Below, in pieces: positions 23,003-37,426 of a stretch of 64,000 nucleotides of DNA (position 1 is its first letter; every line of letters starts with the position of its first letter). Source of the stretch: Eledone cirrhosa. Its lineage: Eukaryota. The position numbers and the translations under genes were made by a program. The DNA lies in contig OZ024743.1 in NCBI GenBank assembly GCA_964016885.1, positions 324,818,001 to 324,882,000 on the forward strand, written 5' to 3'. The notes under the pieces were generated by a model. It had not been told where the DNA came from and ran no database searches. It worked only from the letters and a program-made list of their open reading frames with translations.

Positions 23003-23807
23003 TATTCTGTAGCGTTCCCTGCGTGTAGTAACAAATATATATTAATAAATACAAATATAAATTATTTTAAATGGTCCTACATCAATTTCGACGATGAGTA
23101 ATCCAGTCGTTCTATCAACGGAACAACCTGTAAGCGGCTGAGTATTTCACAGACACGTGCACTATTAATGTGATTCACAGGGAGATTCAGCGTTACACAG
23201 TGTGTGACAAACCTAACCTTTGAATTACAACTACAGTCCATCCGCCGGGTCAATTTTGTATTTCATCCTTCCGGGTTTCAATATAATATATTTTGATATA
23301 TTTGACTTCCCTCTTTCCGAAAATTCTTGGCCTTGTGCCAATGTTAGAAATAATTATTTCATCTGTATTTGAAGGTGATGGTATGGCAGAATCGGTGGAG
23401 CGCCAAACAAAAAGCCTCGTGGTGTTTTATTACAACGATTTCCGTTCAAATCCCCTCCCCGCAAATTGCAGACCTTGTGCCTAGATTAGAAACTATTATT
23501 TCACCTGTATCTAAAATACAGGTGAAATACAAAAAAAAAAGAATAATAAAATAAAATAAAATAAACAAATAACTTATTTGTTTTGTAGTTAAGAAAATAT
23601 GAAGGAAATTGGAAAAGAAAATAGAGAGACGGTAATTAGGTGATGAGCATGACGGTAAGGTTAGTAACTTATTATATAGTTGTAGAATACTGGCTGATTG
23701 CAGGAACAGAAATAACAGACAGACCAGGTGCTGGGTTATGACGAAAATACACAGTTAAATAGCATGATTGCCTTACTATAAAAGTCTATGTTTAGCGTGT
23801 ATGTGTG

Positions 23808-23907
<100 letters not shown>

Positions 23908-24844
23908 CAGACAGACAGATGTATGTGTGTGTGTGTGTTTGTTTGCATGTATACATTAATATATATACATTATATATATATGTATGTATGTCGTCTAGGT
24001 ACCAGACGTTGCAAGGCGACCGGGAAGAGTGGGTTAAGTGGTCGACTGCCAGTATATTATGAAGTCATATCTGTACAGATTTGTTCTGCGGTATTTGTTC
24101 TTGCTCCTTACATTCTCAGTTCAAATTTCACCGAAGTCAACTTTGTCTTTCATTTTTCTAAGGTCGATAAAATAAAGTGCCAGTCGGAGAACTTGGGTTG
24201 CTTTAATTAACTATGCCCTTTCCCCGAAATTTGCTGGCTTTGTGCTCAAATTAGAGATCAAAACTTGTATTTCGATACTTTATCTACTCAGCTATTGTCG
24301 CTTTTCCTGTGTATCTTATCAACTAAATTGAGCGTTGTTAAAATATGTGAATATTTACTTAACGCATGTCAGATATATAAACAAATACACGTTTGGGAGG
24401 ATTTTAGCTGAGACATATTTTCCGCTTTCAACCGTGTCGCTTCGGTCACAAACCCGAGTATTGCCGCTCATAACACAAAGAAGTGGGAATTATCCAAATA
24501 CCAGAATTTGACCGATCGCTTCCTTTTCGTGTCAGTCGCCGTCAAGATCTCGGTTTTCCTCGATCTCTAGAGTGCCGTTTCCCTCCGTAAAATCAGGACG
24601 AGAGCATCTCGCCTGAGGAAGGAACCCCATCAGATAGAATGACTGATGCAGCATGCTTTTGCTGGCAATTCTCCGCGGAAATGCTTTCGCTATCTTGTCC
24701 CTGAAATACAGCTGAGATATACCGCCAACCCAAAGGATAGACTCTAGACTTTCCATCCCCTATACCTTCCATCTCCTTTTTTCCTTATCTAATTTTTTCT
24801 CCCTCTTTTCTCTCTCTCTCTCTCTCCCTCTCCCCCCCCCCCCC

Positions 24845-24894
<50 letters not shown>

Positions 24895-25324
24895 CTCTTT
24901 TTATCTTTCCCTGATTATTATTTTAATCTTTTGTTTTGTTTAAATACTATCATACTTCTTATACATCTGTTCAACAATAAATTCTTTACTTAACGTATAT
25001 AAGACAGACATATCTTCAAGTGCTACAATATATACATAGATATAGAAAGAAACAAATGTCTTTGATATGGCAGTCATCGTTGCCAATAGTTTAGAGGTAT
25101 GTTGTGAAAACATTTGGTCCATTAATCTGTATCGGCAGTTGGTGGTGGTGGTGTGGGGATCTATGTTGAAAGTAATCCGATGGGTCAAAGTAACTATAGC
25201 TTCTTATTAGGGCCTCAAAATGACAGAAACAACAATGAGTGACGTTCCCGCTTTCCTTGGAGGTATTAGTAACCATGTTTGTTTTTAAAGCGTCTGTTCC
25301 ATTGATCTACCGTATTTAACAATA

Positions 25325-26045
25325 ATAATAATGGTTCCTTCTTTTGGCACAAGGCCAGCAATTACCCAGTGCATTACTGGTACTTTATTTTATCGACCCC
25401 GTAAGGATGAAAGGCAAAGTTAACCTCGGCGGGATAACAATAATAATAATGGTTTCTGATTTAAACGCAAGGCCAGCGATTTGAAGGAAAGGGGTAATTC
25501 GATTAAATCGACAACAGTGCGTTGTTGGTGCTTTATTTTATCGACCCCGTAAGAATGAAAGAGGGTCATAACTATATGCCGCAAAGCACGTTGTCCGACT
25601 TAATGGTTTCTGATTTAGGCACAAGGCCAACAATTTGGGGGGAGTGAATGTCAATTAAATCGACCCCAGTACGTTACTGGTACTTTATTTTATCGACCCC
25701 GTAAGAATGAAAGGCAAAGCTAACTTCAGCGGGATTGGAACCCAGAACGTAAAGGGATGTAACTATATGCTGTAAAGCATGTTGTCCTACGCTACCGATT
25801 CTGCTAATCTACCACCCTTATAATAATGTTTTTTTTTATATAGGCACAAGGCCAGCACTTTTGGGGGAGGGGAAAGTCGATTAAATTGACCCCAATGCGT
25901 GACTGGTATTTTATTTTATCGACCCCGTTAGGATGAAAGGCAAAGTCAACCTCGGCGGGATTTGAACTCAGATCATAAAGTGCCGTAACTCTATGCTGCA
26001 AAGCTTGGTGTCCGACCCTCTACTGATACTGCCAATCCACCGCCC
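25325..26045 (-). mobile_element. Cluster of about 4 full or partial family-A SINE copies in (AAT)n
   Basis: Repeated CCCCGTAAGGATGAAAGGCAAAG core. Confidence 0.8.
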
Positions 26046-26519
26046 TTACCACCCTTATAATGATAATGATAATTTATTTTATTTTCCACAAGGGCATTAA
26101 ATGAAAAGACATGATAAACACAAGTTACAACATGATATTATAAAATGGTTTCTAAATTATTTTCTAATGTTATTACATGGACTGGTGACCGAGGCTGGAG
26201 GATGATGGGTGAGGTTGGAAAGTTGTTGATGGCAGGTGGAGAAGTTTAAATATGTCTAAGTTACGTAATAAATGACGGCTGCGCTGTCAGGTTGTCACTC
26301 AACTTTAGAATTTCAATGTTGTTGGCCCTTAAAGGAAACAAATTATTTGAATAAAGGAGAGATGGGGAGAATGAGAGAGGGGGGGGGGAGATAGTAGAAT
26401 GTGAAATGATAGACAAGCAGACTGGCAGACAGGCAGATAAAGGGCGTGAATGTGCATAACATACCCTCACGTAAGAGAGGGAAGGGCTGGTTCAATAACG
26501 GTTTCTTATTTAGGCACAA

Positions 26520-27240
26520 AGAAAAAGGAGAGCATGGAGAAAAAGAAAGGAAAGGAGAGCAATGAGAGTAAGAAGGGAAAGGAGAGCAATGAGAGTATGA
26601 AGAGCAAGGAAATGACGGAGCGCAGGAAAGTGGGGCTAGAGAGCCAAAATGTAGAGACTGAGGAGAGGGAGGATGGTGAGAAGAGTTGGGAAGGAAGGGA
26701 GTTAGATGTTGGAGAGTTGAAAACTGGATAGAGAGGTAGAGTGAGAGGAAAGAAGGGGAAGAGGGGGAAACGAAGAAAGAGGGAATGAAGAGAAGTGGGG
26801 GAAAGTGGGGGGGGATATGGAAGGAAGGGGAGGTGAAAGGAGAGCAAGGAGGAAAGAAGAAAAGGAGAGCAGGGGGAAATGGGAGCAAGGAGAGTAAGGA
26901 GAAAGTGAGAGTAAAGACAAAGGAAGAGCGGGGAGAAAAGGGGAGCGAAGACAAAGGAAGAGCAGGGAGAAAAGGAGAGTAAGACAAAGAGAGAGCTGGG
27001 AGAAAGGGAGAGTAAAGAGTACAAGGGAGAAAAGGGAGAGCAAGGAGAAAGGGCGAGTAAAGAGAACAAGGGAGAAAAGGGAGAGCAAGGAGAAAAGGAG
27101 AGTAAGGGGAAAAGGAGAAAATGGGAAAAGGAGAAAATGGGAAAAAGTAGAGCAGGGAGAGAACGGAGAGTAAGGAGAAAAGGAGAGCAAGGAGAAGAAG
27201 AGCAGAGAAGAAGAGCAGAGGAGGAGGACGAGAAAGGAGG
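26520..27240. repeat. Purine-rich (GA) low-complexity degenerate tandem repeat
   Basis: Repeated GGAGAGCAAGGAGAAAA-like units. Confidence 0.85.
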
Positions 27241-27579
27241 GCATATATATATATATGTAGGCTCGTAGCTTAATGATTAATGTGCCCGATCGCAAGTTCG
27301 TGAGTTCAGTTCCCGACGGTAGCTGTGTCCTTTATTTCACGGTGCACCACTAGGCTGACTATTCATTCTGTCACGCTGAATCTCCCTGAGAACTATGTTA
27401 AGGGTACACTTGTTTTTTTAGAACTGGAGCACCTGTTTGTCATTGCATGTGTGTATAGCCTGTATATTTCGTTTTATGTTTATACATACATGTTTGCATG
27501 TCTACACATGTGTATATATATAGGTACTCCATGCTAACATTTTTGGAATGCTTTGCATATTTTCAGTTTCATTATTGAC

Positions 27580-27764
27580 TTGGCGGTGGATTGGCAAGAG
27601 GGTCGGACGCCATGCTTTGACGCATAGAGTTACGGCCCTTTACGATCTGAGTTCAAATCTCGCCGAGGTTAACTTTGCTTTTCATCCTTACGGGGTCGAT
27701 AAAATAAAGTACCAGTAATGTACTGAGTAATTGCTGGCCTTGTGCCAAAAGTAGAAACAATTAT
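27580..27764 (+). mobile_element. Family-A SINE with TSD ATTATTGACTTG
   Basis: Duplication seen on both sides. Confidence 0.85.
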
Positions 27765-27817
27765 TGACTTGCAATTGTAATTTCTAAATTTAAAAACAGA
27801 AAAGGACGGGAAAGGCA

Positions 27818-28182
27818 AGGACTATAGAGCAACAATGAGAGAGGAGGAGGAGGGGGAGGACTATAGAGGAACAGTGAGAGGTGAAGAGGAGGGGAGGACT
27901 ATAGAGGAACAGTGAGAGGTGAGGAGGAGGGGAGGACTATAGAGGAACAGTGAGAGGTGAGGAGGGGGAGAGGACTATAGAGGAACAGTGAGAGAAGAGG
28001 AGGAGGGGGAGGACTATAGAGGAACAGTGAGAGGGGAGGAGGAGGGGAGGACTATAGAGGAACAGTGAGAGGGGAGGAGGAGGGGGGGACTATAGAGGAA
28101 CAGTGCGAGGTGAGGAGGGGGGGGGGACTATAGAGGAACAGTGAGAGGGGAGAGGGGAGGAGAAGGACTATTGAGGAACAGA
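27818..28182. repeat. Minisatellite, ~36-40 bp unit GGACTATAGAGGAACAGTGAGAGG(purine spacer), about 10 copies
   Basis: Seen directly. Confidence 0.9.
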
Positions 28183-28339
28183 AGAATGTGCGAGGTGAGA
28201 GGGAAGGAGGAGGCTAAGCTCTGGGCATAGGGTGTGGTGGTGTTGGGGATGCGCTTCGCGAACAATGACCAGCGACACCCACTGCAACAGCCACACCACC
28301 CCGCGGGGCACCGTTCTCAGACTGGCTGCTGACGTTCCG

Positions 28340-28650
28340 ATCGATATAGATATAGAGAGGGATAGGAAGAGAGTTCCGTGTAGTAGATATAGAGAGGACG
28401 AGAGTTTGGTGTTGATATAGGGAGGGGGAGAGTTTGTTGCTAACTGATATAGAGAGATGGGTTGGAAGAGAGCTCCGTGTAGTAGATATAGTGAGGAGGA
28501 GAGCTTCTTGCTAAATGATATAGAGAGGGGGATTGGAAGAGAGTTCCATGTAGTAGATGTAGAGAGGGGGAGAGTTTGGTGTTAGGGGATTGAAAGAGAG
28601 TTCCGTATAGTAGATATAAAGAGGAGATATAGTGGTGTTAATTGATATAT
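28340..28650. repeat. Degenerate satellite (GATATAGAGAGGGG / GGAAGAGAGTTCCGTGTAGTA), left part; continues at 34380-34860 beyond Tx1 copy 3
   Basis: The same units occur on both sides of the element. Confidence 0.8.
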
Positions 28651-31600
28651 ATTTCTATTTATTTGCCACCAGGGCATCAAAGATTGGGACAAATACAAAG
28701 GGGGGAGTTTACATACATTTAAAAAGACGTGTAAAAAACATATAACAAATTAAATTTAACAATCGATGTCCTCAATAGGGAGGGGCGTTGACATGGGTCG
28801 CACACACCCCCGAAAAAATGTGCAACCCTCCTCTTCAGGAGCACAAAGAGCGGGTGCTTCCTTCCTCTTCTCATTCTTCTCCTCTCTCACCTACAGGCTG
28901 ATATAGAGAGAAGGCCCATTCACTCGGGCCATTCTCGCTACTTTCACCCATCTTTCATAAAACTTGCTGGGGTAGAGCACCTCTCTCTCCATTCTGATCC
29001 TTCTTCTAAAGTGGTACTTGAAAAAAAAGACCGGTTGTTGGCCGGAGAGATAGGTGTCTGACCTCAGCCCTTTCAACCTTGTCCACCATACAACTTCTTT
29101 CGCCATGGAGGAAAACCGCCACAGAGGAAAACCGCCTCTCCTTCGTTTTTGAAAGGGGGAGGCGGTTTGATTGTAACAATGTTCTCGGTGGTCAACCGGA
29201 TTGGTCCCACCCACGACAGTAGTCGTTCTACATAGCCCCACAGGTCAGCAACGCCCGGGCAGTGTACGAATGCGTGTGCGACGGTTTCCTCGTCACGCAC
29301 GCATCTTGGACAGATCTTCTTCGAGGGGTCCCTACCCGGGCGCCCGTGTCTGTAGAGCTTGTCCCGAACGGGTAGAGCTCCTCGGTAACATTGCCAAGCC
29401 AGGGACTTTTGGAAGTTGTCCATCGGTCCCGGGCCAAACGTCCTACCGAACAGACTGGCCAGCTCGTCTTCCTCCATGCCCAGAGCCTCTCCGAGAGCGT
29501 CGTCGCACTTACTGCGCACCAACCCTCTATAGAATGTTGAGGTTGAGTCTCCACTGATTGCCGGATCCGCTTGCCAGAGGGCCGTGAGCGCCTGGGCACA
29601 TTCAATGTGCCAGTCGCCCACTTTTCTCGGTCTTTGCTTGACCCAGGATTGCAGCTCGGTGAGTGAGACGAGTCTCGAAAAGGCTCGCCTCACAAACAGG
29701 GCCCACACCGGCTGACCGGTGAGGAATATCTGGAGGTGCCGTAGCCTTAATGCGTGTCTACGCATCGTCAGCCACGGCTTCCCCAGCCCTCCGTTCGAAG
29801 GGTGTTGACAGCAGATGGATCTTCTCACCAAAGGAGCCCGCTTCTTCCAAAGAAATCGGAAGAGCGCGCACTCCATTTTGGCGAGTGTTTTCTCTGGGCA
29901 AGGCACGACGGTCAAGCGGTAGTAGATGACGGACGCTATATAAGCGTTCGCCACCTCCGCTCAACCTTTCAGGGATAGTTTGCACTCGGCCCACTTCTGG
30001 GCGAGTGCAAACACCTTGCCCGTTACCTCGTCCCAGTTCTTTTCCACCTGAAGGTCCGGTCCGAACCAGACCCTGAGCAGCTTCACTGGTCCCTCCGTCC
30101 AGCGTCCGACGATGCCGTCGGAGGGCATCGTTTTGCCCTCCACGTCCCGAGTTGCAAACCGACGGACTTGTCCCGGTTCAGCTTGGCTCCTGTGAACCTT
30201 TCATATTCCTCCAGTAAGGTGCCGATCTGCCCGATTTCCGAGGCGCACGACACCATTACTGTCACGTCATCGGCGTAGGCCGACACCGCTTTCCGCAATC
30301 CCGGTTCCAAGGGGATGCCCTGCAACAGCTCCAGCTTCCTCAGTAGTGGCTCGAGAGTCAGCACATACAGGAGGGATGAGAGAGGGCATCCCTGTCGAAT
30401 GGATCGCGTGATTTGGAACGGCTCCGAGAGGTAGCCGTTCACCTTGACCCTCGAGCAGGTGTTGCTGCTGTGCATTGCAGCAATCCAGCCCCTGAAAACG
30501 GGTCCGAAGCCTGCCGACGCGAGCACCGCATCCAGGTACCGATGATCAACCCTATCGAACGCTTTAGATTGATCCAAGTTGATCAGGGCCCCACCAAAGC
30601 CGGGTTCGTTCCCTACCCTCTCTACGATGTATCGCATGAGGTGGAGGTTGTCGTGTATGGACCTGGACGGGATTGCGCATGTCTGCGCTTCTCCCACCAG
30701 GTTCCCGACGACAAGCGCCAACCTCTTCGCTAACACCTTGGCCAAAATCTTTAACTCTGTGTTTAGCAGAGTTATGGGCCTGAAGTTATCTATGTCATCC
30801 CCCTTGTTCTCGTCCTTCCTCACCAGCGTGACTACGCCCTTGGTCACAGAACTGGGAATTCTCCCGTTCTCTTGCCAGTTGCAGTAGACCGCCTCGAGGA
30901 GACCGGAGAACAAGCCCGGCATCGCTACATAAAGTTCGTATGGTAGACCATCGAGACCCGGAGATTTGCGTTTGCCGCATTGGCTCAGCGCCTCCCCTAT
31001 TTCAGCGGCTGAAATCGGCCTCTCGCAGGACTTCGCCTCCCCGTCCGAGAGCCGCGTCAGACCGTCGAGGTATGGACCGAAATCCATGGCCCCACCCGGC
31101 CCGCCGCCCTTCCCGAACAGTCGTGTAAAGCGCCGTTGAAAGGCCGCGCTCATCCGCTCAGGTTCAAGGATCACGCGTCCATCCTGGTCCTTCAAAGACC
31201 GAATCGTGGACTTGTTTCCACTTTTTGCCTCTGTCACTCGGGCCCAGCTAACAGCTTTGGCTCCCTCGTTACCCAGAGCACGTATTTTACTCCTGACAAC
31301 GCAGCCCTCGTGCTTCGCATCAAAGAACTGGTCTAGGGCCGTTCTTGACGCCAGCACGCCGGCCACGTTGCCACTCCTAATCGCCTCTTCTACTCTATTT
31401 GTTAATTCCCTTTCAGTTCTATTCCTATCTGATGCTAATTCCCGACTAAAACCTATCGATTCTATTCTAATTTCTCTCTTGAGAGAGCCCCACCACCTGT
31501 TGTTTACAATTTCCCCCGTCAAACGCTGCTTAACTAGTGTGCTAATCCGCTTACTGTAAGCTTTGTTTGTCGGTAAAGACAAGTTTAGCTTCCAGTAACC

Positions 31601-34367
31601 GGGTCCCTGTCTATGAGTTCTATCAAGGTTGACCACTCCGGTCAACAACTTGTGATCCGAATAGTCAACCATGAACATTTGTGGACAGCTTAATATGTCC
31701 CTATCCTTATTTCTAACTAGGAACCTATCTAGGTACGACCTGGATGTTCTGCTGCGATTACTCCACGTCCACCGTGGCACAGTCGGAAAATCCAGTCGAT
31801 ATCTATCGGCCAGATCAAATCGGCCGATTAATCGTTTGAGGCTGTTACACCTCCTCTATCGGGACATGCCCCTACATAGTCCCAACGTGCATCCAGGATA
31901 CCATTCCAGTCCCCCACTAAAAGCAAGGAGCGAGACGTTCCCAGGAAATTCTCCAGGCGTCGGAAGAAGTCCGGTCGCGGTGTCCCCGATGGGGCATACG
32001 CTGCCACCAGCCTGAAAGCTCCACCTTCACCACTGCCGACGTCTAAAACCACCAGTCGACCCTCCGGGTCCAGGTGTACCTTCTGTGTGGCAAGACCCAG
32101 GTATTTTCGCAGCAGAACGACAACCCCACCCCCACCCCTCGGCTGACAGAGAGATGCGTAGATCTCAAAGTCGTCGAAGATGGGGGCCAGTTGGCGCTCG
32201 CTGCTGATCCTGGACTCGCAAATAACCATTACATCCACTCTGTGCGACCTGAGGTCATTTATGAGTTTGCCCTGTTTCCAGGACATCCCCAAGCCGCGTG
32301 CATTCATACATCCAACTCTTATATTGGCCATGTTGGTACTGAAGAGCTAAAAAGGAAGAGGAAAGGAAATTACTTACCTCTTCGTCTCCTGGGGACCAGG
32401 CTTCACAATTTCCATGGGGGTGTTGGAAGGGTTGTTTGGTGGGGTGGTGGTTTGTGGTGGGGTGAGGACATCAGTGTGTGGTGGGATTAGGGTGTTTGGT
32501 GGGGTGTGGGTGTCTGGTGTGGGGGTGGGGAAACATCTCAATAGGACGCTGTTATGTGGTTTGGTGCAGTTGGTCCCCACATGCATTGGATGGTTCTTTT
32601 TCAAAGTTACATAGGTTTCCGTTGGGACCCTAATCATCATTAGGTGCGGTTTGTTCGCTGCGTAGGTGAAAGTGATCCCTTCGGTTTCCACCGAAGGGTT
32701 ATTTTCTATCGCTTTCATCAACGTTTTATTGTTCTTGTTAATGTATGTATAGAGTTTTTGTTGTGTTGTGTTTGTTTTTGTTTGTTGTTCTTGTGCGTGT
32801 TTGCGTTTTGTAGTACGTGTTATGTTTTGGGGAGGGGTGGCTTTTTTTATTTGTGATGTTTGTTCTGTTTGTGCTGGTGGTTGTGTGTTTGTGGCATTTT
32901 TGTTAATGTGGTGCCTTTTTTTTTCCTTTTCACCTGTTGAAAGGGTTCTCCCTCGTCGTCACTGGGTGATGTTGATACGGAGTCCTCTTCCGTGTTGTTG
33001 GGGAGGGGTATATTTTGGGGTTTTGTTGTGGTTTCTTTTGTATTTGTTTTAGGTGGGGAGGGATTGGGTGGAACAGTGTTTTGTGTTGTTATTTTTCCGT
33101 GTTGTTGTGGTGGTGGTGGTGGTGGTGGTGGTGGTGGTGGTGGTGGTGGTGGTGGTGGTGGTGGTGGTGGTTGTGTTGTTGTGTTCGGGGTTGGCAGAAG
33201 AGCCTTTTTTTTTTTACTCGTTAATTGAGGACAGGCAGCCCTCAGGTGACCCCTGCTTAAGCAGTGGTAACATGACGACCGCCTTCCCTCCACTGAAATG
33301 TTTATATAAGTTAGCCCGTCCAGAGGCACGCGTTGTGGGATATTCGCTATTCGTTCTGGGCTCATTTGCACCAGAACTTCTACGGTGGTCCCACCAAATA
33401 CACCTCCGGAGGACTTTCCTATTGAAATTATCTTGTCTTCGTCAAAGTTTATTATTCCACATAGTATCCACCAAATGTTTACATTTGGTGTGATACTCAT
33501 TATTTTTATTCTTTGTGTCCTTTTTCCCCTGTATGTGGGGTAAAAGATGAAGTGGGGGGACACAATGGGTGCTATCGAGTACTTTTGAGCTGTTGACTGG
33601 TTGTTCATTAGCACCGAAATGCTACCAAACAGTTTACCTTTTTGTATGAAGGTTAAGTCCTTCATTGCGTCTTTTAGAACCAGCTCAATTTCATTTTGTG
33701 ATAATTGAGCTGGTTTTCTTGTTACGTTCGATATTGTCCTGAAAACCACAATTTTCAGGACAGCCTCTCTACGTAATTCCTGTGGAGAATTGATGCTAAA
33801 AGCACCGTTTTCGCCAAAAGTCACGAATTGTTTTGCGTCTTGTAATAGTTGTTTAGCATTTGTTATGTCTATTGGCGTGTATAGTTCGTTTTTTTTTACG
33901 GTCTGTGCAAATGTTGTTTTGGTGTTGTTGTCTTTCGTGTTACTGTCACTGTTGGTAATATTGGTGTTGCTATTGTTGCAGTTGTTGGTTGTGGTGTTGT
34001 TGTCATTGTTCTTGTTGTTGGTGCTGGTATTATTTGCCGGATTTGGTTTCGCGGTTTTGATATTTTCCACGTTTTTCGATGATGCGAGGGGGGACGGCTG
34101 CAAGCTTTGTACTCCTACCTTCCCTCCACCACTTTTCTTAGTGGGCGTGGCACTCACGAGGTGGAAATGGCATCCATTGCCACCAAGTCTACAGTTTTTA
34201 GATGAAAATTGAAAATTTCGCCCCAGAAAGGGGCGAAAATTTGTTGACTTAACGTCTGACGGCCAAGGCAAGGGGCTAAACCAAACAATGTTATTAAATT
34301 GATCAATAAACTCACAGTTCTTTTTTACAACAATCCGCAAAAATCCGGAGCAAAGTAAATCACGTCT
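28651..34367 (-). mobile_element. Full-length L1/Tx1 retrotransposon, copy 3 (frameshifted)
   Basis: ORF1 ~34170-32374 with CYHCLSRGHLRAAC; ORF2 32331-28891 in several frames; 5' GACGTG; candidate TSD AATTGATATA (28640-28649 / 34380-34389). Confidence 0.92.
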
Positions 34368-34853
34368 ATATCAAGTGGCAATTGATATAGAGAGGGGTAT
34401 TGGAAGAGAGTTCCGTGTAGTAAATACAGAGAGGGGGAGAGTTTGGTGCTAATTGATATAGAGAGGGGTACTGGGAGTGAGTGCTGTATGGTTGATATGG
34501 AGAGAGGGAGAGTTTGGTTGTAATGTATAGAGTGAGAGAGAATGAGAGAGAGTGTTGTATGTTAGATATATAGAGGGTGTTGGGAGAGTGGTTGTATATT
34601 AGATATAGAGAGGGGGAGAGATTGATGTTTATTGATATAGAGAGGGGGGTTGGACAAGAGTTCCGTGTAGTATAGAGAGGGGGTGGTAATTGATATATCT
34701 AAGACTAATACACTCTCTCCCTCTCTACAAGTATCTACACTTATCGCTCTCAATCCCCCTCTCTATATCAATCACCCCTAAACTCTCACCCCTCTATATC
34801 TACTACATGGTACTCTCCCATTATCCCTCTCTTTATATCTACAACCACCAAAT

Positions 34854-35500
<647 letters not shown>

Positions 35501-35785
35501 TATATATATATATTAAAATAGCAGATTAAAGATTAAGCAAAGAATCACTGCTTTCGCCCCTAACGGGATCTTCTGGAACTAACAAAGTCAATCTGTGAAC
35601 GCAGATGTAGATATTTCGAAAAACGTTGCAACCGAAGGAAGACAGGAAGACGATACTTTGGTCCGTGGAGTCGTTCCCTGGCAATGGAGATATTACGTCG
35701 TTATGTGGAGCGATGGTATAAATGGAGTCATAGACTAATATTCTATTTAGGAAACCGAATGATTATCGGCTTCAGAGTAATGAAA

Positions 35786-35975
35786 AATTGTTTCTACTTT
35801 TGGCTCAAGGCCAGCAATAATCCAGTGTATTACTGGTACTTTCTTTTATCGACCCCGTAAGGATGAAAGGCAAAGTTAACCTCGGCAGGATTTGAACTCA
35901 GAATGGCAAGGGCCGTAACTCTATGCCTCAAAGTATGGCGTCCGACCTTCTACCGATATTGCCAATCCACCGCCC
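35786..35975 (-). mobile_element. Family-A SINE
   Basis: Full body visible. Confidence 0.85.
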
Positions 35976-36109
35976 TGGAGTTAAGAATAATGTAAATAAA
36001 TTAGTAGAACGAAAATGACAGAGGTTATTAAAATCATAAAAGCAATAAAAATTAAATATAACCATACACGCATCTATATATACAGTATATATATATATAT
36101 ATATATATA

Positions 36110-36159
<50 letters not shown>

Positions 36160-36168
<9 letters not shown>

Positions 36169-36890
36169 CAGGTTTAGCAAATAATGAAAAAGTTTCAAAA
36201 TAAATTTTAAAAAATTGACTTTACTTACTATAGTTACATTTACCGAATCGGTTTCGAATCTCAAAAATAAACGGAGACCATACGGCCTTCGTTGCAAAGA
36301 AAGATTCTCGTCAGAAGGTTCTTTTCATTCGAAGAATATAAAATTCTTGAATTTAAATTACGAACTAGCGCTATCCAAAACTGTTCCCGAGATGAGAGTA
36401 AATGAAGTGGAATCAATTTTTTCAAGGGCCGAGAGAAAAAATTTGGTCGTTCCGACTGCTGCTAGTGATAGTGGTGGCCGTTTGACCTACCTCCCTCTGC
36501 CTCTATCTTTACTTTCGGCCCTTGAAAAAATTGATTCCACTTCATTTACTCTCATCTCGGGAACAGTTTTGGATAGCGCTAGTTCGTAATTTAAATTCAA
36601 GAATTTTATATTCTTCGAATGAAAAGAACCTTCTGACGAGAATCTTTCTTTGCAACGAAGGCCGTATGGTCTCCGTTTATTTTTGAGATTCGAAACCGAT
36701 TCGGTAAAGGTAACTATAGTAAGTAAAGTCAATTTTTTAAAATTTATTTTGAAACTTTTTCATTATTTGCTAAACCTGATTATATATGTTCTGGCTCGTT
36801 AATTTATTAACCTGCCATTGAACCACATTGGCATATGGTTAGACAATACATGTGTTCCTTAGCGCTTTGTGCGTGTAGGAACACATATCC

Positions 36891-36893
<3 letters not shown>
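36160..36893. mobile_element. Penelope-like pseudo-LTR fold-back: ~276-bp arms (36160-36435 / 36512-36787) plus extension, between (TA)n tracts
   Basis: Inverted repeat, also visible as mirror ORFs 36215+ and 36732-; hammerhead in each arm. Confidence 0.7.
36628..36711 (+). ncRNA. Type I hammerhead ribozyme with extended loop II (mirror copy at 36236-36319 on minus)
   Basis: Stem I ACCTT/AAGGT; core CTGACGA; stem II GAATCTT/GAGATTC enclosing ~39 nt; GAAA; stem III ACCGA-T-TCGGT; GUA cleavage triplet. Confidence 0.85.
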
Positions 36894-36973
<80 letters not shown>

Positions 36974-37090
36974 AACAAGTAAGACCCCTACGGCTGAGCT
37001 CAAGCCGTTTCGACGGCTAATTCTGCTACCCTAAGTATTGAGTACTTTGGTGCGTTATGGTCCACCTGGTTCCTTACCACATTTCCTTCG

Positions 37091-37142
<52 letters not shown>

Positions 37143-37373
37143 TATATATATATAATGTCTCATATAAAATAATACAACCAATTTTCCACGAAATACTGAT
37201 TAATTAGCACCCCAAACACTAAAATGGGATAATACTTAAGTATATCCGAATGTTTGTTGAGTGAGATGGAATTGGTCGGAGTATCGCTTAAGGCTTTCTC
37301 TGTTTATGTATTGTATATATATATATATTAAAATATAAGTATTAATAAAATAGATGTTCTTTTGATCAATTAC

Positions 37374-37426
37374 ATTTTATTATACATATTTCGGATGTAC
37401 AACAGTACATCCTCATCAGATAAAAT
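37374..37426 (-). ncRNA. Type I hammerhead ribozyme
   Basis: ATTTTAT-CTGATGA-GGATGTAC tgtt GTACATCC-GAAA-TATGTATA-ATAAAAT: perfect stems I and II, self-complementary stem III. Confidence 0.92.

Noticed and set aside
24532-24756. 74-aa ORF in a CpG-richer patch, possible exon or promoter
   Set aside because: No recognisable homology or convincing splice sites.
36215-36732. Two ORFs with identical N-termini on opposite strands
   Set aside because: A consequence of the inverted repeat; no recognisable domain.
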